NCBI GenBank assembly: GCA_001917435.1
Contig: MNEA01000113.1
Location: 13,902-77,901 of the forward strand
Length of the DNA: 64,000 nucleotides
Source of the DNA: Acidobacteria bacterium 13_2_20CM_2_57_6
GTDB taxonomy: Bacteria > Acidobacteriota > Terriglobia > Acidiferrales > UBA7541
Direction: 5' to 3'
In this document: one piece after another, positions 10,023-20,879 of the stretch
Position numbering within the stretch: position 1 is the first letter of the stretch
Layout: the number at the start of each line of letters is the position of its first letter
Program-made: the position numbers and the translations under genes
Notes under the pieces: generated by a model
What the model was told of the DNA's origin: nothing
What the model saw: the letters and a program-made list of their open reading frames with translations, nothing else
Database searches by the model: none

Positions 10023-11378
10023 ATGCCAATCGACCGGAAACCTGAATTTTTCAAAGGCACCCAGCTCAAGGTTGGGATCATTGGCTGCGGCTACGTCGGG
10101 CTGCCGCTGGCGCTGCGCTTCGCCGAAGCAGGGCACAAAGTCACGGGATTTGATGTTGATCCCCACAAAGTGTCGATGCTCAACGCGGGGAAGTCCTACA
10201 TCGAGCACATTCCTCAAAACAAGATCCAGCAATTCGTGAACAGCAGGCACTTCAGTGCGACGAGTGATTTCGAAAAGCTGAAAGAAGCCGACGCCATAAT
10301 TATTTGCGTGCCTACGCCGCTCGACGAACGCCGTGAACCGGATCTTAGCTACGTCGAACAGACCGCCATTTCAATTTATCCCCATCTGCAAAAGGGACAG
10401 CTCGTGGTTCTCGAATCGACGACTTACCCGGGGACCACCGAAGAAATGGTTCTTCCTATCTTGGAGAAAAGCGGTTTGCGATGTCCCGTCGCGGCAGGCC
10501 AGGAAAACGAGAATATTGTGTGCGATTTTTACCTGGCGTTTTCGCCGGAGCGCGAAGATCCAGGAAACAAACAATTTGGGCTGGCGCAAATTCCAAAAGT
10601 GGTTGGCGGATTGAATCCGCCGAGTGGGCGCGCGGCGCAGGCGCTGTACACGCAGGTGGTGGCCCGCGTCGTGCCGGTGAGTTCGACGCGCGCGGCCGAA
10701 ATGGCGAAGCTGCTTGAAAATATTTTCCGGTGCGTGAACATCGCCCTGGTGAACGAACTCAAACAGCTCAGCCTGCGTATGAACATTGACATTTGGGAAG
10801 TGATCGACGCGGCGGCGACGAAACCCTTTGGCTATATGCCGTTCTATCCGGGGCCGGGTCTGGGCGGCCATTGCATTCCGGTGGATCCGTATTATCTTTC
10901 GTGGAAGGCGCGCGAATATGACTTTTCGACGCGCTTCATCGAGCTGGCCGGAGAAGTGAACACCGCGATGCCTTACCACGTCGTGGATGCGGTTGCGAAT
11001 TCGCTGAACGATCACAAGAAGAGCTTGAAAGGCTCAAAGATTCTGGTCCTCGGCGTGGCCTACAAAAAAGACGTAGACGACTTGCGGGAATCGCCGACCC
11101 TGAAAATCATGCAGCTTCTGCAACAGCGCGGCGCACATCTGGATTACAACGATCCTTATTTCCCGAAACTGCACAAGATGCGGCACTATAATTACGAAAA
11201 CATGAAGTCGGTGCCGCTGACACCGCAAACCCTCGGAAGCTATGACGCCGTGGTTATCGCCACCGATCACACCAGTTATGACTATGCGGCGATCGCCGAT
11301 GCCGCAAAGCTGGTCATTGACACGCGCAACGCCACGCGCCGCGTGGTGCGTCACCGCGAAAAAATCGTTCTCTGCTAG
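10023..11378 (+). CDS. Nucleotide-sugar dehydrogenase (WbpA/WecC-like UDP-HexNAc 6-dehydrogenase)
   Basis: GCGYVGLP, CVPTP, ESTTYPGTT, SPEREDPGN and GGHCIPVDP motifs; GAGGAG RBS. Confidence 0.92.
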   Translation: MPIDRKPEFFKGTQLKVGIIGCGYVGLPLALRFAEAGHKVTGFDVDPHKVSMLNAGKSYIEHIPQNKIQQFVNSRHFSATSDFEKLKEADAIIICVPTPLDERREPDLSYVEQTAISIYPHLQKGQLVVLESTTYPGTTEEMVLPILEKSGLRCPVAAGQENENIVCDFYLAFSPEREDPGNKQFGLAQIPKVVGGLNPPSGRAAQALYTQVVARVVPVSSTRAAEMAKLLENIFRCVNIALVNELKQLSLRMNIDIWEVIDAAATKPFGYMPFYPGPGLGGHCIPVDPYYLSWKAREYDFSTRFIELAGEVNTAMPYHVVDAVANSLNDHKKSLKGSKILVLGVAYKKDVDDLRESPTLKIMQLLQQRGAHLDYNDPYFPKLHKMRHYNYENMKSVPLTPQTLGSYDAVVIATDHTSYDYAAIADAAKLVIDTRNATRRVVRHREKIVLC

Positions 11379-11384
11379 GCAGCG

Positions 11385-11963
11385 ATGACCTGGCCTGTGG
11401 AAGAGATTCGCCGCCAACTCGAGGAAAGCGCTCGCGTCAAGCAGAGTTTTTCCAGCGAATTGATCGGCCGGATCGCGCAATTTGCGGAGAAGTCCGCAGC
11501 CGCGCTGCGTGCCGGAGGCAAGCTCGTTTTTTTTGGAAACGGCGGTAGCGCTGCCGACGCCCTGCACGTCGCCGCCGAATTGGTCGTGCGGCTGCAAACG
11601 GAACGCCCAGGGCTGGCCGCGCTCGCGCTCACGACGAATCCTTCGGTATTGACCGCGGCCGGAAACGATTACGGATTCGAATTTATTTTCTCTCGCCAGA
11701 TTGAGGCCCTTGTGTCAAAACAGGATGTTCTCGTGGCGCTCACGACGAGCGGCAACAGTCCCAATGTCATGCGCGGGGTGGAAGCGGGCCGCGCGCGCGG
11801 GGCGTATGTCGTGGCCTTTACTGGAGAAACCGGCGGGCAACTCGCGGGCAAGGTTGATCTTCTTCTGAATGTCCCGTCGAATGACGCGCAGCGCATCCAG
11901 GAATGCCACATCACGATCGGGCACATCGCGTGCAGCCTCGTCGAACGGCTAGCAGGCAGATAA
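11385..11963 (+). CDS. gmhA: Phosphoheptose isomerase (SIS domain)
   Basis: GNGGSAADA.H, NDYG, TSGNS and RIQECH motifs. Confidence 0.88.
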   Translation: MTWPVEEIRRQLEESARVKQSFSSELIGRIAQFAEKSAAALRAGGKLVFFGNGGSAADALHVAAELVVRLQTERPGLAALALTTNPSVLTAAGNDYGFEFIFSRQIEALVSKQDVLVALTTSGNSPNVMRGVEAGRARGAYVVAFTGETGGQLAGKVDLLLNVPSNDAQRIQECHITIGHIACSLVERLAGR

Positions 11964-11982
11964 CAAAGCCACTCCCCGCTGT

Positions 11983-12037
11983 TTTGGGTTGATATCCTAC
12001 CCAAACGCGCGCATACTCAGGTTAGATGTCTACCCAA
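11983..12037 (+). promoter_or_regulatory. Candidate sigma70 promoter (TTGATA-N17-CATACT) with overlapping inverted repeat; putative PadR operators
   Basis: -35 at 11989-11994, -10 at 12012-12017. Inverted repeat TTTGGGT..ACCCAAA at 11983-12005. A second CTACCCAA lies at 12030-12037. Confidence 0.5.
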
Positions 12038-12379
12038 GAAACCAGAGAACGGCTCGAACTGTTGCAGGGCACACTAGATCTGTTGATCCTGCGCACACTG
12101 ATCTTTGGATCCCAGCATGGTCAGGGGATCGCACGCGCCATTCAACAGACATCGGAAGAGGAATTGCTGGTGGAACATGGCGCCCTTTATCCCGCGCTCC
12201 AGCGGCTTGAGGAACGCGGCTGGATCTCTGCCAAGTGGGGAACCTCATCCAATAACCGAAAGGCCCGCTTTTACTCTCTGACCGCGGCAGGCCGCAAACA
12301 ACTCGTGAAGGAGACCGCCAAGTGGAAACGTCTGGCAGCAGCCATAGGACGGATCCTAGGCCCAGCAAAGGAGGGCTAA
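12026..12379 (+). CDS. PadR family transcriptional regulator (acidobacterial type)
   Basis: [25 protein letters not shown] and [15 protein letters not shown] motifs. Confidence 0.93.
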   Translation: MSTQETRERLELLQGTLDLLILRTLIFGSQHGQGIARAIQQTSEEELLVEHGALYPALQRLEERGWISAKWGTSSNNRKARFYSLTAAGRKQLVKETAKWKRLAAAIGRILGPAKEG

Positions 12380-12384
12380 ATGCC

Positions 12385-15003
12385 ATGTTTCGACGCAAGC
12401 GGAAGCCAAGCGACTTTGGCGCAGAAATTGAAGCACACATACAGCACGAGAGCGAGCGTTTGCGAGAGCAAGGACTGAGTGAAGAGGAGGCCCGAGCCGC
12501 CGCACGCCGTTCTTTCGGCAACGTCATGCAGGCTGAAGAACGTTTCTACGAGTTCGGCCGCTGGCTCTGGTGGGATTACCTCCGGCAAGACTTTCGCTTC
12601 GGACTGCGAATGTTGGCCCGGAACCCCGGTTTCACTGTGACTGTAGTTCTTACGCTTGCCCTTTCCATCGGGGCGAACACCGCGATTTTTTCCATCGTGA
12701 ACACGCTCCTCCTGAAGAGCCTGCCCTATGCGCATCCCGAACGGATGGGCACGATTTACACGCGGGTGACAGGCCCCCTAGGCTCGGATGAGAGGCATCA
12801 CGTGAATGGTGAGCAATGGGAGCTGCTGCGAGACAATGTTCCTGCTCTGATATCGGCCGTTTCAGGCCTAAGAGCTTCAGGTGCCAACCTGGAGGCGGGT
12901 TCGCAGGTGCAGTATGTTCACGCGGGACGCATCTCCGCGCATTACCTCGACGTCCTGGCTATTCATCCCATCATGGGGCGCAATTTCTCGGATGCGGAAG
13001 ACCTTCCGCATGGGCCGAAGACAACCATTTTGAGCTATGGCTTGTGGCGCAACGCCTTGGGCGCCAATCCTACGATTCCGGGCCAGACCGTTCTGCTGAA
13101 AGGCGAGCCATACACGGTCATCGGCGTGCTTCCAGAGGGAGCGATTATCCCTCTGAACGCTGACCTGTATACGGCGCTTCAGCCCAGCCGCCAGGGCGAA
13201 GGAACGGGAACGAACTTTGAGGTCATTACGCGGCTGCGCGATGGAGTGATCTGGCAGGAGGCGGATGCCGAAATTAATCGTGCTTGGTCGCTCCGCACGC
13301 AGCGTTATGAATTAGAGAACAATCCAGGAGCGCAAGTGACCTACTATTCCGTTCCGCTCCAAAAGGGGGAGACGGCTACGCTGCGTCCGCAGGTCTTGAC
13401 GCTAATGTTGGCAGCGGGATTCATTCTGCTGATCGCCTGCGCCAATCTGGCCGGGCTGACGCTGGTGCGGGTGATGCGGCGCACTTCGGAAGTAGCCACG
13501 CGTCTAGCGCTGGGAGCTTCGCGCTGGCAGATCCGGAGACAGTTCTGGATCGAAAACCTGCTGCTGGCGCTTGTGGGCGGAGCGGTTAGCATCGGTGTGG
13601 GCTACCTGGCACTGCGCGGGCTCTTGCTGCTTTTGCCTGAACACTTTCTCCATGTGGCACAAGTTTCCCTCGACGGCCGCGTGATGGGCTCCACACTGGC
13701 CGCTTCCCTGCTGGCCAGCATCCTATTCGGCATGCTCCCGGCGATCGCAAGCGGGAGTGTGGACCTGCGATCGTCGATGGCTAGCCGCGCCGTGGCCGGG
13801 AGCGGCGGCCTGCGCTTGCGCCAAGGGCTTATCGCCGGCGAGGTTGCCCTTACCGTTGTGCTGTTGGCGGCCTCCGGCCTGCTCATCCGCACTCTGGTCC
13901 ACCTGGAAACTCTGCCGCCGGGGTTCAATCCCAATGGAGTAATGACCGCCAAAGCATCGCTCGATGAGGTGCGCTTCCACGATGCCGCGGCCTTCAGAAA
14001 GTTATTGGCAGAGAGCACAACCGCCATGCAGCAGATTCCCGGAGTGCAGCAGTCCGCTGTTGGCCTGAGCCTGCCATACGAGCGGACGGTAATTACGGGA
14101 GACATAGCCATCAGCGACGGTAAAGAAGCGGGGCAGAAAGCCACTGCCGACGTGATATACACCACACCTGATTATTTCGCTGCGTTGCAGATTCCGGTTC
14201 TGGCGGGGCGATCCTTCACCGAAGCAGACGGGCCAGATACGCAGCGAGTGGCTATCGTCAACCAGAAGTTCGCGCGCAAGTTTTTCCATGGGGCAAATGC
14301 AGTCGGCCATTACGTGGATAAGGACACTATGATTGTCGGCGTGGTGGAGAATGTGGCTATGGCGCCGGGCATTGATCCTGTTGCGCCTCTCACCGGTGAA
14401 GAAACAATGTACCTTCCGGCCGCGCAAATGGAGGCAAGGCAACTCGGGCTGCTTCACGTGTGGTTCCAGCCTAGCTGGATTGTTCGCACATCTGGCCCGG
14501 TGGAAGGATTGACCGGACAGATGCAACGCGCTCTAGCGAGCGCTGATCCCAACCTCCCCTTCTCGGGTTTCTTTAATATGCGCGACCTGCTGGCGAAGAC
14601 CTTGGCAATACAGCGTGTGGAAGTAGCACTTCTGAGCGCAATGACGGCACTGGCTCTGCTGCTGAGTGCCGTTGGAATCTTTGCGTTGATAGCAAATATC
14701 GTAACGCAGAAGACGCGGGAAATCGGCATCCGCCTTGCTCTGGGCTCTTCCATTAGGAAGGCGATGATCGACATCGGTAGGGCGGGAGTGGGCGCTTCGG
14801 CTCTCGGACTGGTTCTGGGACTGGTCCTCTGTTCGGGCGCGCTTCGCGCTATGCGGAGTGTTCTCTACGGCGTAGAGGTTTACGATGTTCCGACTATCCT
14901 GGCCGTGGTGCTAATGCTCTCTGTTGTGACGCTCCTCGCTACAACGGTACCGGCGCTCAGAGTTGCAAGAATCGATCCGGCCAAGACGCTGCGCGAAGAG
15001 TAG
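12385..15003 (+). CDS. ADOP-family duplicated MacB/FtsX-type ABC permease
   Basis: N-terminal permease-prefix domain (EIEAHI..A.R.FGN), [22 protein letters not shown], and two FtsX segments ([15 protein letters not shown]); directly follows PadR. Confidence 0.92.
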   Translation: MFRRKRKPSDFGAEIEAHIQHESERLREQGLSEEEARAAARRSFGNVMQAEERFYEFGRWLWWDYLRQDFRFGLRMLARNPGFTVTVVLTLALSIGANTAIFSIVNTLLLKSLPYAHPERMGTIYTRVTGPLGSDERHHVNGEQWELLRDNVPALISAVSGLRASGANLEAGSQVQYVHAGRISAHYLDVLAIHPIMGRNFSDAEDLPHGPKTTILSYGLWRNALGANPTIPGQTVLLKGEPYTVIGVLPEGAIIPLNADLYTALQPSRQGEGTGTNFEVITRLRDGVIWQEADAEINRAWSLRTQRYELENNPGAQVTYYSVPLQKGETATLRPQVLTLMLAAGFILLIACANLAGLTLVRVMRRTSEVATRLALGASRWQIRRQFWIENLLLALVGGAVSIGVGYLALRGLLLLLPEHFLHVAQVSLDGRVMGSTLAASLLASILFGMLPAIASGSVDLRSSMASRAVAGSGGLRLRQGLIAGEVALTVVLLAASGLLIRTLVHLETLPPGFNPNGVMTAKASLDEVRFHDAAAFRKLLAESTTAMQQIPGVQQSAVGLSLPYERTVITGDIAISDGKEAGQKATADVIYTTPDYFAALQIPVLAGRSFTEADGPDTQRVAIVNQKFARKFFHGANAVGHYVDKDTMIVGVVENVAMAPGIDPVAPLTGEETMYLPAAQMEARQLGLLHVWFQPSWIVRTSGPVEGLTGQMQRALASADPNLPFSGFFNMRDLLAKTLAIQRVEVALLSAMTALALLLSAVGIFALIANIVTQKTREIGIRLALGSSIRKAMIDIGRAGVGASALGLVLGLVLCSGALRAMRSVLYGVEVYDVPTILAVVLMLSVVTLLATTVPALRVARIDPAKTLREE

Positions 15004-15114
15004 GGCGGCCATGCAGGATGAATGCGGCCGGAGAGCTTGGGTTTAGGACTCAAAGCGGCGGGCAGAATGTCATCATGTATCGAGATGTATCGGGGGATTG
15101 GACGCAGGCGAGCC

Positions 15115-16005
15115 CTATTTGGCTTTCAGGAGTTCGACGCGGGCGGTGGCGAAGGGCATGACGGCTTCGAGCAAAACGGGAGTGCGCGCCGCGTTATTTG
15201 CGATGTAGAGAACGAAGGAAGCGTCCTTCATTTCCACGCCCGCATCGAATACGCGAATGCCGATTCTTGACGCGGGGTAGTCTCCTGCCGGAACGTTAAC
15301 CTTCTCGGAAGCGGCTCCGAGTTTGGCGCGAACGTCATATAGCTTATGCCCATCGTAAACCGGGCAGCGCACTTCGGGCGTTCTTGCCCAGTCCACGTTT
15401 CGCAAGTATTGCATCAAGCCGAGCGGATCGCGCGTGCCTGGCAACACGCGCGCCTGCGCTGCATCCGGCGAGGCCGGCTCTTTGCCGGTGGCGGTCATGC
15501 GCTGGAGGGACTCCACCTTCTGCCCACGCTCGTTCAGGCGCATTTCATACTGCAAGCTCGCCAGGGTCGCCGCGTCGCTGTAGGAATCGAACTGATCGTC
15601 CAGTTCGAAAACCATGCGCAACGGGCTCTGCGTATGGGCAAAGGCCTGCAAATGCCAGACGCTCTTTCCCAGAAAAGTGCCGCGCCCGGCAACCTCGAGC
15701 TTCAAACTTGCCACGTTCTCGAGATTGGAGACGTTAGCGGTGTATTCCAGAACTTCGCCGGCGCGCAGAGGCAACGCGGTGTCAACGGGAGCGGCAGCTT
15801 TCTTTGAAACAGCCGGCAGGCGGGGCTTGCCTGCCGCAGCGCTCGCGGGTTTCGCCGGAGGCGGTGCGTCACGGAACCCGGCCGGCGGGGGGGATACGAC
15901 CTCCTGCACGGGCTGCGCCCCACGTGCACGCAGATAGTAGAAGGCGCCTACAGCGCAGGCAAGCACGGCCAGTGCCGCGACGCCGACGGTGGTCCTGAGG
16001 GTCAT
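15115..16005 (-). CDS. DUF3108-like exported protein
   Basis: N-terminal TM helix, Pro-rich linker, GE.LEY, DPL....LR, YDG.K.Y, VPAG.Y and RTPV motifs. Confidence 0.7.
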   Translation of the reverse strand: MTLRTTVGVAALAVLACAVGAFYYLRARGAQPVQEVVSPPPAGFRDAPPPAKPASAAAGKPRLPAVSKKAAAPVDTALPLRAGEVLEYTANVSNLENVASLKLEVAGRGTFLGKSVWHLQAFAHTQSPLRMVFELDDQFDSYSDAATLASLQYEMRLNERGQKVESLQRMTATGKEPASPDAAQARVLPGTRDPLGLMQYLRNVDWARTPEVRCPVYDGHKLYDVRAKLGAASEKVNVPAGDYPASRIGIRVFDAGVEMKDASFVLYIANNAARTPVLLEAVMPFATARVELLKAK

Positions 16006-16197
16006 GATCTTTGTGTGACGCGTATTTGATTCAACGGTTTGCCCAGCGCGCTTCCGTCGTACAATATCTCTCTGTGCGCGGAAATCATCCGGTTCGCAGT
16101 GCCGGCTCGCCACAAACTATGAGCGTATCAAAACACGGGCCAGCCGTCTTTCCCTGGCTCGCGTCATAAGTTGAAAAGCAGCAGGAGGATTTCCTGA

Positions 16198-17157
16198 ATG
16201 CGCTACCTCGTCACGGGCGGCGCCGGCTTCATCGGCTCAAATACAGTGGACGAACTGGTCCGGCGCGGCCATAGCGTCGTCGTCCTGGACGACCTCTCTT
16301 CCGGCAAAGAGGACAACCTGGCGGAAATCCGCAACAAGATTACTTTCATCAAGGGCAGCATCACGGACATTGAAGTGGTGCGGAAAGCCATGCACGAGGC
16401 GGAGTACGTGTTGCACCTCGGGGCCCGAACATCCGTACCGCGCTCGCTGAAGGACCCCATCGAAACGAATCGGATCAATATTGACGGGACGCTGAACGTC
16501 CTGGTTGCGGCAAAAGAACTAAAGGTGAAGCGCGTGGTGTTCGCGGCTTCGTCCTCTGCCTATGGGGAAACGCCCACACTTCCAAAAGTCGAAACCATGC
16601 AACCGCAGCCAATTTCTCCCTATGGCGTCACCAAGTTTGTGGGAGAGCTTTACGGACAGACGTTCGGGCGGTGTTACGGGCTGGAAAACGTGGCGCTGCG
16701 TTACTTCAATATTTTTGGGCCGCGGCAGGATCCCAGCTCACCATACTCCGGTGTACTTGCCAAGTTTTGCACTGCATTTCTGGAAGACTCGCAGCCGGTT
16801 GTTTTCGGAGATGGCGAGCAAACGCGGGACTTCACCTATGTGGAGAACGCGGTCCAGGCGAATTTGCTCGCGTGCGAAGCACCCAATGTTTCTGGAAAAG
16901 TTTTCAATGTCGGCGTCGGGGGACGCGTCTCCCTCAATGAAGTTGTACGCGAGCTTGGAAAAATCACCGGCAAGGCGCTCGAAGCGAAGTACGATCCGCC
17001 GCGCGAGGGAGATATCCGTGACTCTCAGGCGGACATTTCGCAGGCGCGGGAGTTCCTTGGCTATGAGCCGCAGGTACGATTCGAGGAAGGATTGGCGCGG
17101 ACATTCGAATGGTACCGGGAGACGCAAGCGAAGGCGGCGGTAAAGACGGAGAAGTGA
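16198..17157 (+). CDS. NAD-dependent epimerase/dehydratase (WbpP-like UDP-HexNAc 4-epimerase)
   Basis: TGGAGFIG, SVPRS, ASSSAYG, YGVTK and RYFNIFGPRQDP motifs; AGGAGG RBS. Confidence 0.9.
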   Translation: MRYLVTGGAGFIGSNTVDELVRRGHSVVVLDDLSSGKEDNLAEIRNKITFIKGSITDIEVVRKAMHEAEYVLHLGARTSVPRSLKDPIETNRINIDGTLNVLVAAKELKVKRVVFAASSSAYGETPTLPKVETMQPQPISPYGVTKFVGELYGQTFGRCYGLENVALRYFNIFGPRQDPSSPYSGVLAKFCTAFLEDSQPVVFGDGEQTRDFTYVENAVQANLLACEAPNVSGKVFNVGVGGRVSLNEVVRELGKITGKALEAKYDPPREGDIRDSQADISQAREFLGYEPQVRFEEGLARTFEWYRETQAKAAVKTEK

Positions 17158-17223
17158 GTGGTGGTTCGTGAGGCGCCGGCAACGCCGGACACCCCACAAA
17201 CGCAACTCATCAAAGTTGAACAC

Positions 17224-20200
17224 TCAGGGTTGAGTGGTTTTTCCGTAGTTGAGCGGGTCACCAGGTTTCGGAGTGTCGTAGTTGTTCCAGAACCAGAGCG
17301 GCTCCATCTTCTTTTGTTCGGGCCACACCTGGTTCAGTGTGTCCCCTTCGAACAATTCCCCATTCTTCATCACCCAGTGGATGGTGTTCGTGTTGTGGAT
17401 ATCGTCGAGCGGATTCTTGTCCATGATTACGAGATCCGCCAGCTTGCCGGGCTCAATCGAGCCCAAATCTGCAGGCCGGCCGACAATTTTTGAACCGTTG
17501 ACGGTGGCGCAACGGATGACTTCGAGCGGGGTCATGCCGCCGCTCGCAAGCATCCACATCTCCCAGTGATAGCCGATTCCCTGCATCTCTCCGTGGCTGC
17601 CAACGCCGACAAGTCCGCCGGCGCGCTCCAGCTTGGCCATCTGGGCAGCAAGTTTCGGAAATTCGTACTCATCTTTACGGAACCATCCTTGCCGGCGCTT
17701 GGTTCTCTGGTCGAGGACGCGGTGGGGAACGAAGTGATTCAACTTGGCGTTATCGTGGACTTCGCTGTTCTCAAACCAGAAGTCCTCGCCGAACGGACCA
17801 CCATAGTTGACGATAAGCGTGGGAGTCTCGGCGATGCCGGACTTCGCAAACATCTGGATCATGTCGTTGTAGAGCGGCGTGATCGGCAGCGTGTGCTCGT
17901 TGCCGTGAAAGCCATCGATGAGATGGGTCAAATCAAGCTTCAAATCGAGCGCGCCTTCGGTTGTAGGCATCATCTCCAGTTCTTTGGAGGCTTGCACCAT
18001 ATACTGACGCTGTTTGCGATTGCCCACGACGTAGCTCTTAATGTTGTGCGTGCCATAGTATTTTCTGTACTTGGTCAGCACGCCCTTCACTTCGTCTGCG
18101 GACTGGAAGTTATTGTCGGAGAAAACGCCGGGTCCCGTGGAGAAAGCGCGTAGCCCGAGGATATCGCCGCTGTCCACCAGATCCTGGTAGGCAAACATAT
18201 CGTTGGTGCCGGTCTGCACGTCAAGGCCGGCGGTGACGCCATACGCAAGGTTGGCGAGGAATGACCAGTTTTGCGTGTCCAGGATGCCGCGGCGAATTTC
18301 GGTCCAATGCGCGTGAGTATCGATGAAGCCCGGCACGATTGTCTTGCCGCTCACGTCGAACACTTTGCCGCCTGCCGGCGCACTGCCCTTCGCGCCCACA
18401 CTCTTGATGCGGTTGCTTTCGACGACGATATCGGCGTTCTTCAGAACTTCATCGCCCTTCATCGTCACAACTGTCGCGCCGCGCAGGACGATCGTGCCCT
18501 TCGGAGTTTTTCGCGGGACTTCCAGATCGACGGCGATTTCCTGAACGTCCTTTTCCTGCTCTTTCAGTTTCTTCTCTTCTTTTTTTTCGTCCTTCTTTTG
18601 ATCTTTCTTTTCGTCTTTTTTCGCGTCAGCGGTTTGTGACGCAGCGTCTTTCTTATCCGCCTCTTTCTTATCGGAGTCCTTGGCGTCCGCGTCCTTTTTC
18701 TCGCCCTCTTTCTTTTCGTCCTTCGGCGGTTCGAAGGAAATGGCACTCAGCGGCTCGCGGAAAAGACTCGCGCCTACAGCCCACGTGATCGTTTTTCCGT
18801 CATCCGCCCAAGCGAAATAGTCCGCTCCTATGTCGGTCAGCCGCTTTGTCGGAACTGCGGGAGTGGCCACGTTCACGGTTGGCGGTTCCCCGCCCACCAC
18901 CGGCATGGCGATGACATAGAGTTGATTCATCACATGCGCGAGCACCCATTGGCCATCAGGGCTTGGCACGATGTCGTCGGCGGGGACCGGTTCCTCCGCG
19001 AAGTACAGCCCTTGTCCTTTCACCACGAGATGAGTGCGGCGGTCCGTGCCGTCGTAGCGCAGCGAGACCAGACCCTGCGGGGTGTAAACATAGATGCGAT
19101 CTTTGTCGTTGGTGAAATGCGGCCCGCCCGCTCCGCGCGCAGGCAAAATCAAGTTGGCGTCGCCGCCGTCCGCGGGAATCCAGATAAGATCGGCGTTGGC
19201 GGTCTGCCCGCCGTCGAACGTGCTGTTTTCGCGGTCATACGCGTTGCCGCGCAGCAGGACAATTTTCGTGCCGTCAGGCGACCAGGCCGGATTGCTGTAC
19301 ACAGCCAGCGACTTCGATAATTGTACGGGCGTCCCACCGGCCGCTGGAATTTTCCAGAGTTGTCCGCCCTCGCTGGACCAAGTCACGTAAGCGATGAACT
19401 TCCCATCGGCCGACCAGGCAGGCTGAAACTCGCGCGCGTTCCCCATGGTAAGCCGCCGGGGCTTGCCAGCGGGCATGTCCATGGCGAAGAGGTGCGCCAT
19501 GGCGGAGAAGACCAGCTTTTTCCCGTCGGGTGATTCCGCCGGATCCATGATCAGCCGCACTTTCACAGGACCTTGTTCGACGGTCTGCGGAAAGTCCAGC
19601 TTGGGCCCCAATTCCTGTGAAACCTGGGCCGTGAAGGGGATTATTCTTTCCGTTCCAGTTGCGAGATCGAGCCGCTTGATTTTGCCATCCTGATTGTAAA
19701 CGATCTCCTTGCCGCCCGGAAGAAAAGCGTAGCCGGGAAAAACGTCACGAGTGAAGAGCGATTCCTGATCGTCGCGCGTAACCGGATACTTCACCCAGCG
19801 GTCCTCCCCGCTTTCGAGGTTGCGCAAACGCAAGCCGGACTCCGTCTCGTAACGCGTGACGTAGAGAACCTGCTTGCCATCCGGCGAAAGCACTGGACGA
19901 AATGCGCTCTTGATCTGGTGAATGAGGTCGTCTTCGTCTCCGGTCTTGCGGTCGCGTCTGGCGATGTGCCAAGTGGGAAGCTGCTGGTTGTAATACAGCG
20001 AGCCAAGTTTCGCCGCGTAGTAGAGATACTTTCCATCCGGGGAAGCCACCACGCCCATGGCATTGGGGCGCTTGTTCCTTTCCAAATTCGGAGTGGGCTT
20101 GGATTTCGTGATTTGCACGCCCGTGCCGCCATCCACGTGATACATCCAGATTTCGCTGGAACCGATGCCGAATTGCGCTTTGGAAACGAAAATGTATTTG

Positions 20201-20721
20201 CCGTCGGGCGACCAGCTCGGGGAAGTGAAGTCATTATTGGGGTCTTTCGACACTTGCTTCACACCAGTTCCATCGGGATGCATGATCCAGATGTTCTCGC
20301 TGCCTTCGCGGTCGGAAATGAAAGCAATCCACTGACCATCGGGGGAAAATCTTGGCTGGCTGTCGAACGACATGCCGCCAGCGATGAGCTTAGCCTGGCC
20401 GCCTTCGAGGGGGAGCGTATAAATGTCGCCGACTAGTTCGAAGACGATCGTCTTGCCGTCGGGCGAAACGTCGAGTGAGAGCCAAGTGCCCTCATCGGTG
20501 GTGAATTCAACCTTCCGGTCAGACTTCAGCGGCAGGCCTTTTTTCTCGTCTTTTTTTTCGTCCTTCTTCTCTTCTTTCCTGTCCTTCTCTTGACCGGCGG
20601 CATCCTGCTGTATTGCGCTGGCGTTCAACGCTGTTGCGCCGCAAAAAATGACACCGAAGACCATTGCCAAAACAACGAACCACGCAGTCAGACCGCACAG
20701 ACTGGGCTGCTTCACATTCAT
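17224..20721 (-). CDS. Secreted amidohydrolase with N-terminal PD40/TolB beta-propellers
   Basis: Signal peptide, many SPDG repeats, PGFIDTHAH metal motif and GSIEPGKLADLVI. Confidence 0.88.
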   Translation of the reverse strand: MNVKQPSLCGLTAWFVVLAMVFGVIFCGATALNASAIQQDAAGQEKDRKEEKKDEKKDEKKGLPLKSDRKVEFTTDEGTWLSLDVSPDGKTIVFELVGDIYTLPLEGGQAKLIAGGMSFDSQPRFSPDGQWIAFISDREGSENIWIMHPDGTGVKQVSKDPNNDFTSPSWSPDGKYIFVSKAQFGIGSSEIWMYHVDGGTGVQITKSKPTPNLERNKRPNAMGVVASPDGKYLYYAAKLGSLYYNQQLPTWHIARRDRKTGDEDDLIHQIKSAFRPVLSPDGKQVLYVTRYETESGLRLRNLESGEDRWVKYPVTRDDQESLFTRDVFPGYAFLPGGKEIVYNQDGKIKRLDLATGTERIIPFTAQVSQELGPKLDFPQTVEQGPVKVRLIMDPAESPDGKKLVFSAMAHLFAMDMPAGKPRRLTMGNAREFQPAWSADGKFIAYVTWSSEGGQLWKIPAAGGTPVQLSKSLAVYSNPAWSPDGTKIVLLRGNAYDRENSTFDGGQTANADLIWIPADGGDANLILPARGAGGPHFTNDKDRIYVYTPQGLVSLRYDGTDRRTHLVVKGQGLYFAEEPVPADDIVPSPDGQWVLAHVMNQLYVIAMPVVGGEPPTVNVATPAVPTKRLTDIGADYFAWADDGKTITWAVGASLFREPLSAISFEPPKDEKKEGEKKDADAKDSDKKEADKKDAASQTADAKKDEKKDQKKDEKKEEKKLKEQEKDVQEIAVDLEVPRKTPKGTIVLRGATVVTMKGDEVLKNADIVVESNRIKSVGAKGSAPAGGKVFDVSGKTIVPGFIDTHAHWTEIRRGILDTQNWSFLANLAYGVTAGLDVQTGTNDMFAYQDLVDSGDILGLRAFSTGPGVFSDNNFQSADEVKGVLTKYRKYYGTHNIKSYVVGNRKQRQYMVQASKELEMMPTTEGALDLKLDLTHLIDGFHGNEHTLPITPLYNDMIQMFAKSGIAETPTLIVNYGGPFGEDFWFENSEVHDNAKLNHFVPHRVLDQRTKRRQGWFRKDEYEFPKLAAQMAKLERAGGLVGVGSHGEMQGIGYHWEMWMLASGGMTPLEVIRCATVNGSKIVGRPADLGSIEPGKLADLVIMDKNPLDDIHNTNTIHWVMKNGELFEGDTLNQVWPEQKKMEPLWFWNNYDTPKPGDPLNYGKTTQP

Positions 20722-20879
20722 GATCGGTTGCCTCCGTACCGTCTTGCAAAACTTTTGACCTGGGAATCCCAGATCGATGATCCACTGGTTACCGGCCAGC
20801 CGATCGACACACCCTTCTGTGCCGTTAGACGCCAATAACATGGAAGCGTCTCGGACGGACAAACTCCCAAGGGGCACTA

